A DNA stretch of 64,000 nucleotides from the NCBI RefSeq assembly GCF_001194135.2, contig NC_068986.1, positions 90,039,747 to 90,103,746 on the forward strand, given 5' to 3'. Shown here piece after piece: positions 52,092 through 63,988 of this stretch; position 1 is the stretch's first letter, and each line of letters starts with the position of its first letter. A model generated the notes under the pieces. It was not told the origin of the DNA and searched no databases. It was given only the letters and a program-made list of their open reading frames with translations. The DNA is from Octopus bimaculoides (lineage: Eukaryota). Both the position numbers and the translations under genes were made by a program.

Positions 52092-52432
52092 AAAGTCGTT
52101 ACAGCTGCTTTTCTTCTGTCTGGAGTATCTGGAATGCTTTACACATTTCATTGGTTTTACCAGAATGTGTTCCTGTTGACCAAAGAGTACTGGATTTCTC
52201 TTCTAGTTTACCTCACAGTAACTGGTGTACTCTCATTCTTTTTATCCTATCGATTTGGACCAGTCACTGATATCCGATCTAAAAAAATTCTCTGTTGGAT
52301 TATACAAGGTCTTGGTTTATTTTTAGTATTTCATGGAACTCAACTCACCGAAGTGTCCTCTGCTGCTATCATTATTATTCTTGCTGTTTATAATCGACCA
52401 CAGTGTCTTGACAATTTCTACAAACGCTTCAA
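52092..52432 (+). CDS. NEMP1: NEMP exon (transmembrane helices 3-5)
   Basis: KVVTAAFLLSG...YWISLLVYLTVTGVLSFFLSYRFGPVTDIRSKKILCWIIQGLG... matches the NEMP domain motif YW...SF...Y(K/R)(Y/F)GP...RS...L.W.LQ. Donor GTGAGT, phase 0 to 2. Confidence 0.95.
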
Positions 52433-53584
52433 GTGAGTAAAGCGTTTTCTTTATCAATTACCTTTCCTTGTAAATGATTTTTGTATTAAATTTTGTCTTT
52501 AAATGATTATAATTCTTATTTTTTTATATATGTTGGATTTTTATATAAAATTAAATTTAAAAAATGGGTGCAGGCATGGTTGTGTAGTGAAGAGGTTCAC
52601 CTCCCGACTATATGGCTTTGGGTTAAGTTCCACTGCATGGTACCACAGGTAAGTCTTCTAATATAGCCTCAAGCAAACCAAAGTGTAGTGAAGCTCATTG
52701 TGTGTGTGTATCATCATCATCATCATATAATGTCCATTTTCCATGCTGGCATGGGTTGGACAGTTTGGCCAGAGCCTGTTAGACTGGGGGCTGCTCAGGC
52801 TCCATTGGCTGGATGTTCTTAATGCCAACCACTTTACAGAGTGTACTGGGTGCTTTTTATGTGGTACCAGCACAGATGATAATATATATATGTGTTTTTG
52901 TGTGTGTATACCATCATTTAACATCCACTTGCTATGCTAGTATGGATGGATATATATATATATATATATATAAAATATCTGTAATAATAATAATAGGGAT
53001 TATTATGAAGTGGCATAGCATTACCTTTAATTCCTTTTTATATAGGTGTGGACGGGTGTCTCCATCATACAAGTGATGACATTTGTTTGCAATCTTCCAT
53101 GGAAACAAGCCCTTCTGTTGTTCTGTTTATGTTTGAAGACCCGGAGGAGTGGGGTATTGTCTTGCTTGGAAACAAGTGAAGGTTAATAACGGGAAAAAGC
53201 ATCTGTCTCAAAGAATGTCATCTGAGTCATGCAAGCATAGAAAAGTGGATGTTAAAATTACCATAGATGTGGTGATGGTGGTTACTTACTCTTTTACTTG
53301 TTTCAGTTATTTGGCTGCGGCCATGCTGGTGTACCACCTTTAGTCGAGAAAATCGACCCCAGGACTTATTCTTTGTAGGCCTAGTACTCATTCTATCTGT
53401 CTCTTTTTACTGAACCACTAAGTTACGGAGACGTAAACACACCAGCATCAGTTGTCNNNNNNNNNNNNNNNNNNNNNNNNNNNNNNNNNNNNNNNNNNNN
53501 NNNNNNNNNNNNNNNNNNNNNNNNNNNNNNNNNNNNNNNNNNNNNNNNNNNNNNNNNNNNATATATATATATATATATATATAT

Positions 53585-53830
53585 TCTCCTGTCTTAGAAA
53601 GAACTTTTCCCCCACCACCTCCTCTTCCGGTCTTTTCACAATGTAACCTCGTGGGCATCGGTACCATTTTCCTCTTTTTCCGTTCTTCCATTCTCCGAAC
53701 TTTCCATCTTTCCGACGAAGGGCTACGCCCGAAACGCCATACACTCTCTCTTTCCTTTCCTGAGCGTCCAATAACATTATCCGTATCACGTCCTCACTTT
53801 GTTGTTTTTTTTTGTTTTTGTTTTTTTGAA
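53585..53830 (+). mobile_element. Solo copy of the Penelope-like terminal repeat, flanked by (TA)n
   Basis: Homologous to 21710-21965 and contains CCGACGAAGGGCTACGCCCGAAACG. A third, partial copy of the tail lies at 58428-58496 on the minus strand. Confidence 0.7.
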
Positions 53831-54831
53831 CTTATATATATATATATATATATATACGATGGGCTTCTTTCAGTTTCCGTCTACCAAATCCACTCACAAG
53901 GCTTTGGTCGGCCTGAGGCTATAGTAGAAGACACTTGCCCAAGGTGCCACGCAGTGGGACTGAACCCGGAACCATGTGGTTGGTAAGCAAGCTACTTACC
54001 ACACAGCCTTATCTTTTTAAAACTAAGAGTGAATGCAGGCATGTGTGACATGTTTGAAAGAGAATATAAGTGTATTTCTTGCACCTATCAGACCCTTTTT
54101 AATTGATGCTATGGTACATGTGATTATAAGATCATAGGTTCAATTCACAATCCTTCATTTTACTTAGCATTATTTCAAAATAAATATTATGGCTGACAAA
54201 GCACCTAACCAGCATCAAGTTACTGTAATTTTACTAATAAGTCAATGATATGACCAGACCTTTAGGTTTGAAGAGGGTTGTGGCCTGCTATATCTTATCA
54301 ATTTTTTTTTTTTTACATGTACCCCTAGAATTCTATAATCAGAATAAGTCATTTGTATCTGCATTGCTTAAGCTGCTTGCCTTGAAATGTATATTGACCT
54401 ACACTAACTGAAAACTGCTTTTATTTTTTGTATGCTTTTCCATGGGTTAGACGAATATTACGATTGTGATGTTTTACAGCTGTATGCCATTCCTGTTACT
54501 ATCTTTACCTATAGTTCAAGTAATAAATCTCTTACTTCATACATCTCAAAGGTGCAAAACTGGCAGATGATTTCTTGACAGTAAAAATGACAATATCACC
54601 ATTTGTAGCTCTGCACAAATACAAACACACTGATACACATGTGGACATGCATGTACATTAGGAAATGCCCAAAGTTCTGTGCAGTGAGATTAAACCCCAA
54701 ACCACTTGTCTAATCTAATTTCTTATCTCACATTTCCTAGAGTAGTGACCTCCATTTAACTTGATTTGGTCAAATAAGGAATATATTCATAGCATCATTT
54801 GCAATTTATACATTATATAATTACATTAATT

Positions 54832-55227
54832 GTGGAGGCGCAATGGCCCAGTGGTTAGGGCAGCGGACTCGTGGTCATACGATCACAGTTTCGATTCCCA
54901 GACCAGGCATTGTGAGTGTTTATTGAGCGATAACACCTAAAGCTCCATGAGGCTCCAGCAGGGAATGGTGGCGAACCCAGCTGTACTCTTTCACCACAAC
55001 TTTCTCTCACTCTTACTTCCTGTTTCTGTTGTGCTTGTAATTCAAAGGGTCAGCCTTGTCACACTGTGTCCTGCTGAATATCCCTGAGAACTACGTTAAG
55101 GGTACACGTGTCTGTGGAGTGCTCAGCCACTTGCACGTTAATTTCACGAGCAGGCTGTTCCATTGATCGGATCAACTGGAACCCTCGACGTCGTAAGCGA
55201 CGGAGTGCCAACACACAACACACACAC
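54832..55227 (+). mobile_element. tRNA-derived SINE (family A) with (CA)n-type tail and 13-bp TSD
   Basis: Same sequence family, B-box GTTTCGATTCCC. TSD AATTACATTAATT at 54819-54831 and 55228-55240. Confidence 0.92.
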
Positions 55228-55659
55228 AATTACATTAATTATTTTTGAGACTTAATTTAAGATTGAAGGAAAAATACATGTACAGACTTCTGCATCATCA
55301 CCATCATCATTTTTACGTCCATTTTCCTCTTTTATGGTCTAGCGTGGTTGGAACATTTTAGACAGAATTTTATGGCTTGATTCTCTTCCTGGTACCAACC
55401 TTCTTTAATCACTTCTTACAACATGCAGGGATATAGTGGAACTAGTCTAAAATCTGAGATATACATGGCATAAACATACATTTGGTATTCCTTCTGCAGG
55501 TATCGGTTATTGTTTTGTTTATTCAGTTTGTATTTTTTATTTTGTCTTGACTTCTTTTTCTATTCTCCTCTTCATCATTTATTTATTTATTGCCTGCCTG
55601 TTGCTGCCATTTAGTCAGCTGATGTCTATGCAGCTTTGCCAAACTGCTCAGACTGAATC

Positions 55660-56155
55660 ATCATCATCATCATCATCGTTTAACGTCCGCCTTCCATGCT
55701 AGCATGGGTTGGGCGATTTGACTGAGGACTGGTGCAACCAGATGGCTACACCAGGCTCCAATCTGATTTGGCAGAGTATCTACAGCTGGATGCCCTTCCT
55801 AACGCCAACCACTCAGAGAGTGTAGTGGGTGCTTTTACGTGTCACCCGCACGAAGGCCAGTCAGGCGGTACTGGCAATGGCCATGCTCAAAATGATGTAT
55901 TTTACATGCCACCTGCACAGGAGCCAGTCTGGCGGCACTGGCAACGATCTCGCTCAAATGTCTTTACACTTGCCACCGACACAAGTACCAGGAAAGCGAC
56001 ACTGGGCACAGATGCCATCACGATTTCGCTTTCGCTTTCGCTTGCCCCAACAGGTCTTTGCAAGCTGAGTTTCGTATTCAATGAAGGAGACATCGTTGGC
56101 ATGGGTGCCAGTTGTCGAATTTAGTTCGATTTCGATTGCCTCAACAGGTCTTCGC
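55660..56155 (-). mobile_element. RTE 3' UTR fragment
   Basis: (CAT)n followed by CGTTTAACGTCCGC...CCATGCTAGCATGGGTTGG...CTACAGCTGGATGCCCTTCC, as in the RTE copies at 61.7-64 kb. Confidence 0.85.
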
Positions 56156-57953
56156 AAGCGGAATAGGTTTATTAAGACCCATCTCCAGCAGGTTCCATAT
56201 ATTTTATGGTTGAGGTTGCATTTATGTGACTTGCTTTACATTCATATTTGCTATAACCACATTAGTGATATGTCTCTCACTGACAGTACCTTGTGGTTTT
56301 TTTTTGGTTTTTCTATTCTTTTGAGTTAAATCCAACTGTGTGACACCTTGGGCGAAGCCCATTATATGTATATGTGATGTCTATGTATGTATGTGTCTTT
56401 GTGTTTGTGTTTGTCCTACCACTCTGCTTGACAACCAGTGTTGGTTTGTTCATGGCCCCCATAACTTGGCAGTTTGACAAAAGAGACTGACAGAATAAGT
56501 ACCAGGTATTTAAAAAAAATAAGTACTGGAGTTGATTTATTCAACTAAACCTCTTCAGGGTGGTGGCCCAGCATGGCCACAGTCCAATGACTGAAACAAA
56601 TAAAAGATAAAAGAAGATATGACTCTTTATGGAGCTTCCAAGACTGGTGGAAAGGAGAAAGGAAGTTATCCTCAAACCAGAAACCTGGCCTAAATGCTTG
56701 CAATAGAGTGGTCTCTGGTAGACCACCCAAGATGTTAGGTGGTGGCATTAAACTGAGCAGTGAGTCAAGTCTACAACCTAAGTAGGCTATGGGTGGGATT
56801 TGAACTCAGAACAAAAAGGGCTGGAATAAATATCATGAGACACCTTCCAGTTTGATGGTCTTACAATTACATGAAACCACTGTCATGAATTGGTATATTT
56901 TTATTGACCTTCAAAAAAGTTAAAGGGCAAGGTTGACTTTGGCAGGATTTGAAGTCAAGAATGCTGTTCAAAGACTGTTTTATTGAGATACTGTCTCTTT
57001 GGTTTGCTTTGTGTGATACTTGTAAATGAGTGCCACTGTTATGCTAGCAGTGTCATTTGTGGTCTCCAATTACAACATGTCAGGTCATGGGGAAATATTA
57101 CCATTATTTGGAAATCGGTAGGATTGGCAACTGAAAGAACATCCAGCCATAGAAAATCTACTGCAACAAATTCCATCCAACCTATGCAAGCATAGAAAAG
57201 TGAACATTAAAATGATGATGATGATGATGGCAGTGGTGGCGGTTGCTGCTGCTGCAAATATTTAGTAACTGCTAATAGAGGAAACAGGATAAAAGTGGAA
57301 TTTGCTGTAAAATTTTCAGCCTTTAGCTTGTTGTTTCAACCTATTAACTGCATGGATTCTGTGGATCTAACCATGAGGAACAGCATTGCTTGTTTGTCCT
57401 TTACTATTGTTTTTATTCTTAGGTCAACCCTCATACATTGTTCATTATCCCCTTTTTTTAAGACAGTACAATGTAATATAAGGGAAATTTAGCTGTTATC
57501 TCTAGCAGAATGAGCAACTGTGTAGTGATCTCTTCTCTGGTCTACTTGGCTGTTGATGAAAGAAATTTAAATCCCATAACGGCCAATATATTTTCCATGT
57601 TAGCTTTGACTGGAAGATTGTAGAAATGTGTTAATCTGCATGAATTATCAGAAAAAAATTATTTACAATTGAATGTCCAAGGAAACATGGTAACTCTGCT
57701 GATAAGATGACAAACCTTTAGCATTGAGCCCCTCTCTCTCCATGTCATTCCATACGTATTATAAGTGTAGGCAAGTTGTGACAGTAGTATCTACTATAAT
57801 TTGTGCTGTGCTAAAGACAATGTATCAAACTCCCCTGTTCCTACACTAATATTTGATACAGGTGCTATGGGAAACATGTATGTTGACCATCTCGTTCTCA
57901 TTTTGTTTGAGTAACAATAAAATAAGGTTGAAACATTGAAAGAGTTTATTTAA

Positions 57954-58176
57954 CCTTTTTGGCATTCAGATTAGTCTGTCAAATACAATGTTTATTTATT
58001 CATGTTGTTTTGAAATTATTCATACAATATTTTATACCGTCAAGATTTCAATGATGTGATTGTTTAGTTTTAGTATGACATTGTAGAGCAAGGTCAGAGA
58101 GGCCAGATCTGACCAGTTTGAGCATAAAACAGGTAGAATATTTGGGCTGGATATGGCCAGTTTAAATGCCAAAGGG
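57954..58176. mobile_element. TTAA-flanked MITE (piggyBac-like)
   Basis: TTAA|CCTTTTTGGCATT...AATGCCAAAGGG|TTAA: terminal inverted repeats with TTAA on both sides. Confidence 0.7.
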
Positions 58177-59408
58177 TTAAAAGAGAGACTAAAAAAAAAA
58201 AAGCAATAAAACAAGCAAGGATCTTAATTTGCTTGTTAGTATTAGGGACTATGGAAGATATCTCCAGTAAATGTATATCTATATTTGAATAATATTTAGC
58301 ACAAATTGTCACACATTTTATAAATGATAAAACCCTAACACTGTGCAATAATGTATGTATATGTATATATATATATATATATGTATGTATATGTATNNNN
58401 NNNNNNNNNNNNNNNNNNNNNNNNNNNATATATAGTAAATCCAAAAAAAACAATGCTAGGACGTGGCACATGCAAAGTATTAGCAGACTCTCAGGATATA
58501 TATGTGTGTGTGTGTATACATGTATATGTATGTGCATATATATGTGTGTGTATATGTATATATGTGTGTGTGTGTATATGTATATGTATATATGTAAATA
58601 AGTACATATGAATGGCCATCAAATAGTTGACAGTTACTCTAGAAAGAACATCCAGCTGTAAAAATATTTGCTCAAAGAAACTATGGGCTGATACTGAAAT
58701 GGCAAAACTCGACCTGTTGGGAAAATGTGTGGGTGTGTGTGCGCGCACGTGCATGTAAAATGTCTTACACATATGTAAGACATTTTGTATTCACACATGG
58801 TCCAACCCATGCCAGATGGAAAACAGATGTAAATTGATGGTGATTATAAAAATCATGCACACACACATACGTGCATACATACATATGCATATATTATAAA
58901 ATAGAAGTTCTGCTAATAAAATGAAATACACTTGAAAATAAAGTCAAGCTCACTCACATTCTCTCTGTTCCTATCTCTCTATCTATCTATATATATATAT
59001 ATCTAGCTATCTACCTATCTGTGTGTGTGTATGTGTAATGAAATATAGCACTGCTCTACAGTACCACCAAATATCTCAGCTTCTATTTAAAATGTAGTAT
59101 CACAGGTTTTAAGTTTTTAAAATTCTGTTACTATATTTCTGTTGAATTACACTATCCTTGTTTCAATTAATTTTGAAAATAACAAAGAATTTAATACAAT
59201 AACCTTGTCATTATTAAGCTGGTGTTTGGAACAAATTAGCATGAAATTTTGATGGAAGGTGTTAATTTAGATCATTTTAAAACAAGAAATTTGTATCATA
59301 GAACCAAGGACAGTGGTTCAGTATCAAAAGGATTTAAAATGTTCTCAACAAAGAGGTTGATCAGGGCTAGAAATATTTTATCAGTTAATTTGTCATATGT
59401 TAGCTTAA

Positions 59409-59586
59409 CCCTTAAGCATTTAAACTGGCCAGATTTGGCCTCTCACACCTACTGTATAATGTCATTCTAAAACTAAACAATCCCATCATTAAGATTTCAA
59501 TGTTATGAGATAATACATGATTAATTCAAAACAGTGTGAATGAATAAGCTTTGCATTTGATAGAGTAATATCTGAATGCTAAAGGG
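59409..59586. mobile_element. Second TTAA-type MITE of the same family, opposite orientation
   Basis: TTAA|CCCTTAAGCATT...AATGCTAAAGGG|TTAT. The interior is partly the reverse complement of 58030-58176. Confidence 0.65.
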
Positions 59587-59878
59587 TTATGTAAGTTAAC
59601 TGGATTTAGCCTCCAATAGCATTCATCATCAATTTTTTCCATGCTGGCATGAGTTGGACAAAAATTATTAAAGCCGTATTCAATGGCTGGATGCCTCTCA
59701 TCTCATCTCATGTTATCAACTCTTGTCTGTTTTTTTTAAAAATGGTATTTTTATTTTACTGATTCTTCACACATTGAAACCAATGGAACCACTGAACTAT
59801 ACAGTATGAATTGTTTATGGGAGATGTAAACATAACATTGCACCCCAAACAATGTTAATGTAAAGACATGGAAAGATG

Positions 59879-59920
<42 letters not shown>

Positions 59921-61166
59921 GACAATGGCTTTCTGAACAGTTTCCATTTTCCAATTTTGTTTACAAGGCATTTGTCAGCTAAAGACTGTAGTTGAAGACA
60001 CTTGTCTAAGATGCCATGTAGTGAGGCATGGACTGGAATCTAATCTAAAAGCAGGTGATTATGAAGAAAACTTCACAGCCTGTCAACAACAATGTACTAT
60101 TATTCTTAATTACCAGTTAAGGTAGTTGTTTTTTTTTTTTTATGAATTAGTTGTTGGTTATTATTGTCAGTTAGTCTTCAAGTTTGTTCTGCTCAAGTAG
60201 ATCTGTAGTCAGAAGCATTGCAGCTGTGACATTCCCATCTTTTTCTCAAATAATACTGTGGATAGGTGCAGGCATGGCTGTGTGGTTAAGAAGATTGTTT
60301 TATAATATGTGTTTTCAGGTTCAGTCCCACTGAGCAAATATCTTCTGCTATAGTCCCAAGCTGACAAATGCCTTGTAAATGAATTTAGCAGACAAGAAAT
60401 TGTAGGAAGCCCATCACGTGTGTGTGAGTGAATGTTCTCCACACTTGGTACTGCTTCAACAATACCATGGTAAATATTAGCATTTTTGTTGACATTATGA
60501 CCAGTCACTCTACATTTTTGAAGACCTCTGGATTAAAGAGAAATCCCTTATGTGGCAAAATAGGTGAGGGTTAGTGACAGGAAGAGCATCCAGCTATAAA
60601 ATCTTTCCTCAGATAACTCACCATCTAATCTATACCAGCAGTGAAAAATGGACATTATATGAATTAACGAAATGTATCTAAAACTATATTGTACCATGTG
60701 TTCTATTTCTAAGATGGCAGAGTATGACTTGAGGGAGATGAAACTGTTATTTCTAGCAGGTGTATTTCCATTTTATAGGCTTTTCTAGGCCAGTGAGATT
60801 GTTGTAGTTAATGGCCAATCTGAACATCTACAAGATAAAACAGAATGAGCTGATAGTTTGCAGTTTGGTGGGCTGACAGGTAGCTTTAAAAAGGGTTATA
60901 CTACTCTTTCTAGGAGTACTTGTCACTTTCCCATAGGATGGAGAAGACTTGAGTTGTTAGTGAGTAGGAAATACAATCAGCTGTAACAGTACATATGCCA
61001 GTTTTCAAAATTTCTGTTATAAAAAGAAAGGAACACACCAGTAGCATAGTGTATCCCTACATGACCTCAGTCCAGTAAAAGTGTAAAGAAAATCTCTGCC
61101 CCCATACTGTATGGATTGTAAATATGGATATAAAATATTGATTGTTGTCCTGTTTTTCCTTTTTAG

Positions 61167-61328
61167 GTATAAATATTTCCCACGAAAACACAGATTTTTA
61201 ACAGAAGAAGAATACATTACTCAAGGAGCAGTAGAAACAAAGATTGCCTTGGAAAAGCTCAGGGAGTATTGCCGCAGTCCGGACTGTGACCATTGGAAAG
61301 TAGTCAACAAACTTAGTTCTCCTAAAAG
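61167..61328 (+). CDS. NEMP1: NEMP exon (nucleoplasmic conserved region)
   Basis: YKYFPRKHRFLTEEEYITQGAVETKIALEKLREYCRSPDCDHWKVVNKLSSPK(R) matches human [45 protein letters not shown]. Phase 2 to 2; the gene continues beyond the window. Confidence 0.95.
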
Positions 61329-61673
61329 GTATGTGTAATAAATCGGGTGGAGCGAAAAAGGTACATTTTACACAGATTTTCGAAATAGGTTTTCAAGAAT
61401 ATATTTTTTATTGCAAAATCCTTTAAAAATCAACTGTGTTAAAATCTGAAGTTCTTAAATTTACATCTTCAGGCTCTACAGCCCGCTTGAAATTTTGAGT
61501 AATGAGTGAAAAAATCAATTTATAACATGTTTGCCATTTCTCATTTTATTTTTTGCATTCATTGTTACGAATCAGTTTTCTTTTGCAAAATCCTTTAAAA
61601 ACATGAACGTTAAAATCTCAAGCTCTAAAATTTATATCTTCAGGTTCTGCAACGCACTTGAAATTTCGAAATT

Positions 61674-62512
61674 CATCATCATCATCATCATCATTGTTTA
61701 ACGTCCATTTTCCAAGCTGGCATGTGTTGGATGGTTTGACTGGGGACTGGCAAGCCAGGAGGCCACACCAGGCTCCAATCTGATTTGGCAATGTTTCTAC
61801 AGCTGGATGCCCTTCCTAATGCCAACCACTCCGAGAGTGTAGTGGGTGCTTTTTACGTGCCACCGGCATGGGAGCCAGTCAGGGTTAGGGCACTGGCATC
61901 AGCCATGTTTGGATGGTGCTTTTTATGTGCTACTGGCATAGGAGCCAGTTGGGGCGGGGAAGCTGGCATCAATCACGTTCAGATAGTACTTTTTGCATGC
62001 CATCAGCATGGGGAGCCAGTCAGGCGACACTAGCAACGACCTACACATGAATGGTGCTTATTGCGTGCCACCAACACGGGAGCCAGTCAGGTGGCACTGG
62101 TATCGGCCACAACTACAATTTCCATTTGATTATGATTTGACTTTTGATTAGGTCTCCTCAAGCACGGTGTGTCACCCGACGATTCAGGGCTGGTTATGTG
62201 ACACTGGTGTAGGCTACGGCTGTGATTTCACTTTACTTGCCAGGTCTTTTCAATCACAGCATATCTCCAGAAGTCTCAGTCTTTTGCCATTGCCTCTGTG
62301 AGGCCCAACATTCGAAGGTCATGCTTCACCACCTCATCCCATGTCTTCCTGGGAAGATATGAGGAAACTCTTCTATAGGTTCCTTCCACTGTTAGGGAGT
62401 GACACTGCTTCACACAGCCCTCCTCATCCATATGCAGCACATGACCATACCAGCGCAGTCGTCTCTCTTGCACACATCTGATGCTTCTTATGTCCAACAT
62501 TTCTCTCAGGGC
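61674..62512 (-). mobile_element. 5'-truncated RTE-clade LINE, inverted relative to the adjacent copy
   Basis: LREMLDIRSIRCVQERRLRWYGHVLHMDEEGCVKQCHSLTVEG...PRKTWDEVVKHDL; the (CAT)n tail reads at 61674 on the plus strand. Confidence 0.92.
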
Positions 62513-62827
62513 AGAAATAAATAGACTTTCCGATTTTGTTTTCTGTATTATTTTTAATACCAAGTCACCGAATATATGTGTTATATGAGGTCTAGATTAG
62601 ACACATTAAAATAAAATTATGTGTATACCAATTTTTGATTCTTGACACATTTTGGTGATAAAAGTAATTAACATTTCCAATTTATTCGAAATAATTCCAT
62701 GTAAATAATAAGCTATGGACACATAAGAGGTGCAACAATATCAAAGGAAGGCTAACTGGGAAGATAGTTTGTATGTGGCAAATGCTTAGGAACAATAAAC
62801 TTTGAAAATATGCAGAGAATAGCTTCT

Positions 62828-63988
62828 GTTACCTAGGTGACAAAGTCAGTAGGCGGGGGTGGATGCTCTGAAAGTGTAGCTGCTAGAATAAGAATAGCCT
62901 GGGTAAAGTTCAGAGGGCTCCTACTTCTGCTGGTGACAAAGGGCCTCTCATTCAGAGTAAAAGGAAGATTGTATGACGCATGTGTACTAACAGCTGTGCT
63001 ACATGGCAGTGAAACATGGGCCATGACTATTGAGGACATGCGTAAGCTTGCAAGGAATGAAGCCAGTATGCTCTGCTGGATGTGTAATGTCAGTGTGCAT
63101 ACACAAGAGTGTAAGCACCCTGAGAGAAAAGTTGGACTTAAGAAGCATTAGATGTAGTGTGCAAGAGAGACGACTGCACTGGTATGGTCATGTGTTGCAT
63201 ATGGATGAGGACAGCTGTGTGAAAAAGTGTCACACCTTAGCAGTTGAGGGAACCTGTGGAAGAGGTAGACCCAGGAAGACCTGGGATGAGGTGATGAAGC
63301 ACGACCTTCGAACATTGGGCTTCACCAAGGCAATGACTAGTGACTGAGATATGCTGTGCTTAAGAAGACCTGACAAACCAAGTGAGACCATAACCCATGG
63401 CCTACACCAGTGGTGTATAACCAGCCCACTTATGAATACCCTTCATTCATTGGACAATAAACTTTGCTTGTGAAGACCTGTTGAGGCAAGTGAAATCAAA
63501 ATCACTGACGTAGCCGATGACAGTACCGCCTGGTTGGCACCCATGCCATTGGAATGTTAAAAGCACAATCTGAGTGTGATCGTTGCCAGGGCTGCTAACT
63601 GGCTCCCGTGCTGGTGGCACATGAAAAGCACCATTCAAGCATGATTGTTGCCAGCGTCACCTTACGGGCACAAGTGCCAGTGGCACATGAAAAACAACAT
63701 TTGAGCGTGGTCGTTGTCAGTGCCGCCAGGCTGACTCCTGTGCAGGTGGCACATAAAAAACACCTTTTGAGCGTGGTCGTTGCCAGTACCGCTTGACTGA
63801 CCCTCGTGCCAGTGGCACATAAAAGCATCCACTACACTCTTGGAGTGGTTGGCATTAGGAAGGGCATCCAGCTGTAGAAACTTTGCTACATCAGATTGGA
63901 GCCTGGTGCAGCTTTCTGGCTTGCCAGTCCTCAGTCAAACCGTCCAACCCATGCCAGCATGAAAAGCAGACGTTAAACAATGATGATG
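62828..63988 (+). mobile_element. 5'-truncated RTE-clade LINE (RT C-terminus, 3' UTR, (GAT)n tail)
   Basis: GGGCSESVAARIRIAWVKFR...KGRLYDACV...LHGSETW, then QERRLHWYGHVLHMDE...GRGRPRKTWDEV. The 3' UTR has internal tandem subrepeats and ends TTAAACAATGATGATG. Confidence 0.93.

Noticed and set aside
63500-63830. Regularly spaced repeats resembling a CRISPR array
   Set aside because: The units are contiguous diverged subrepeats in a LINE 3' UTR with no unique spacers or cas genes, in a eukaryotic context.
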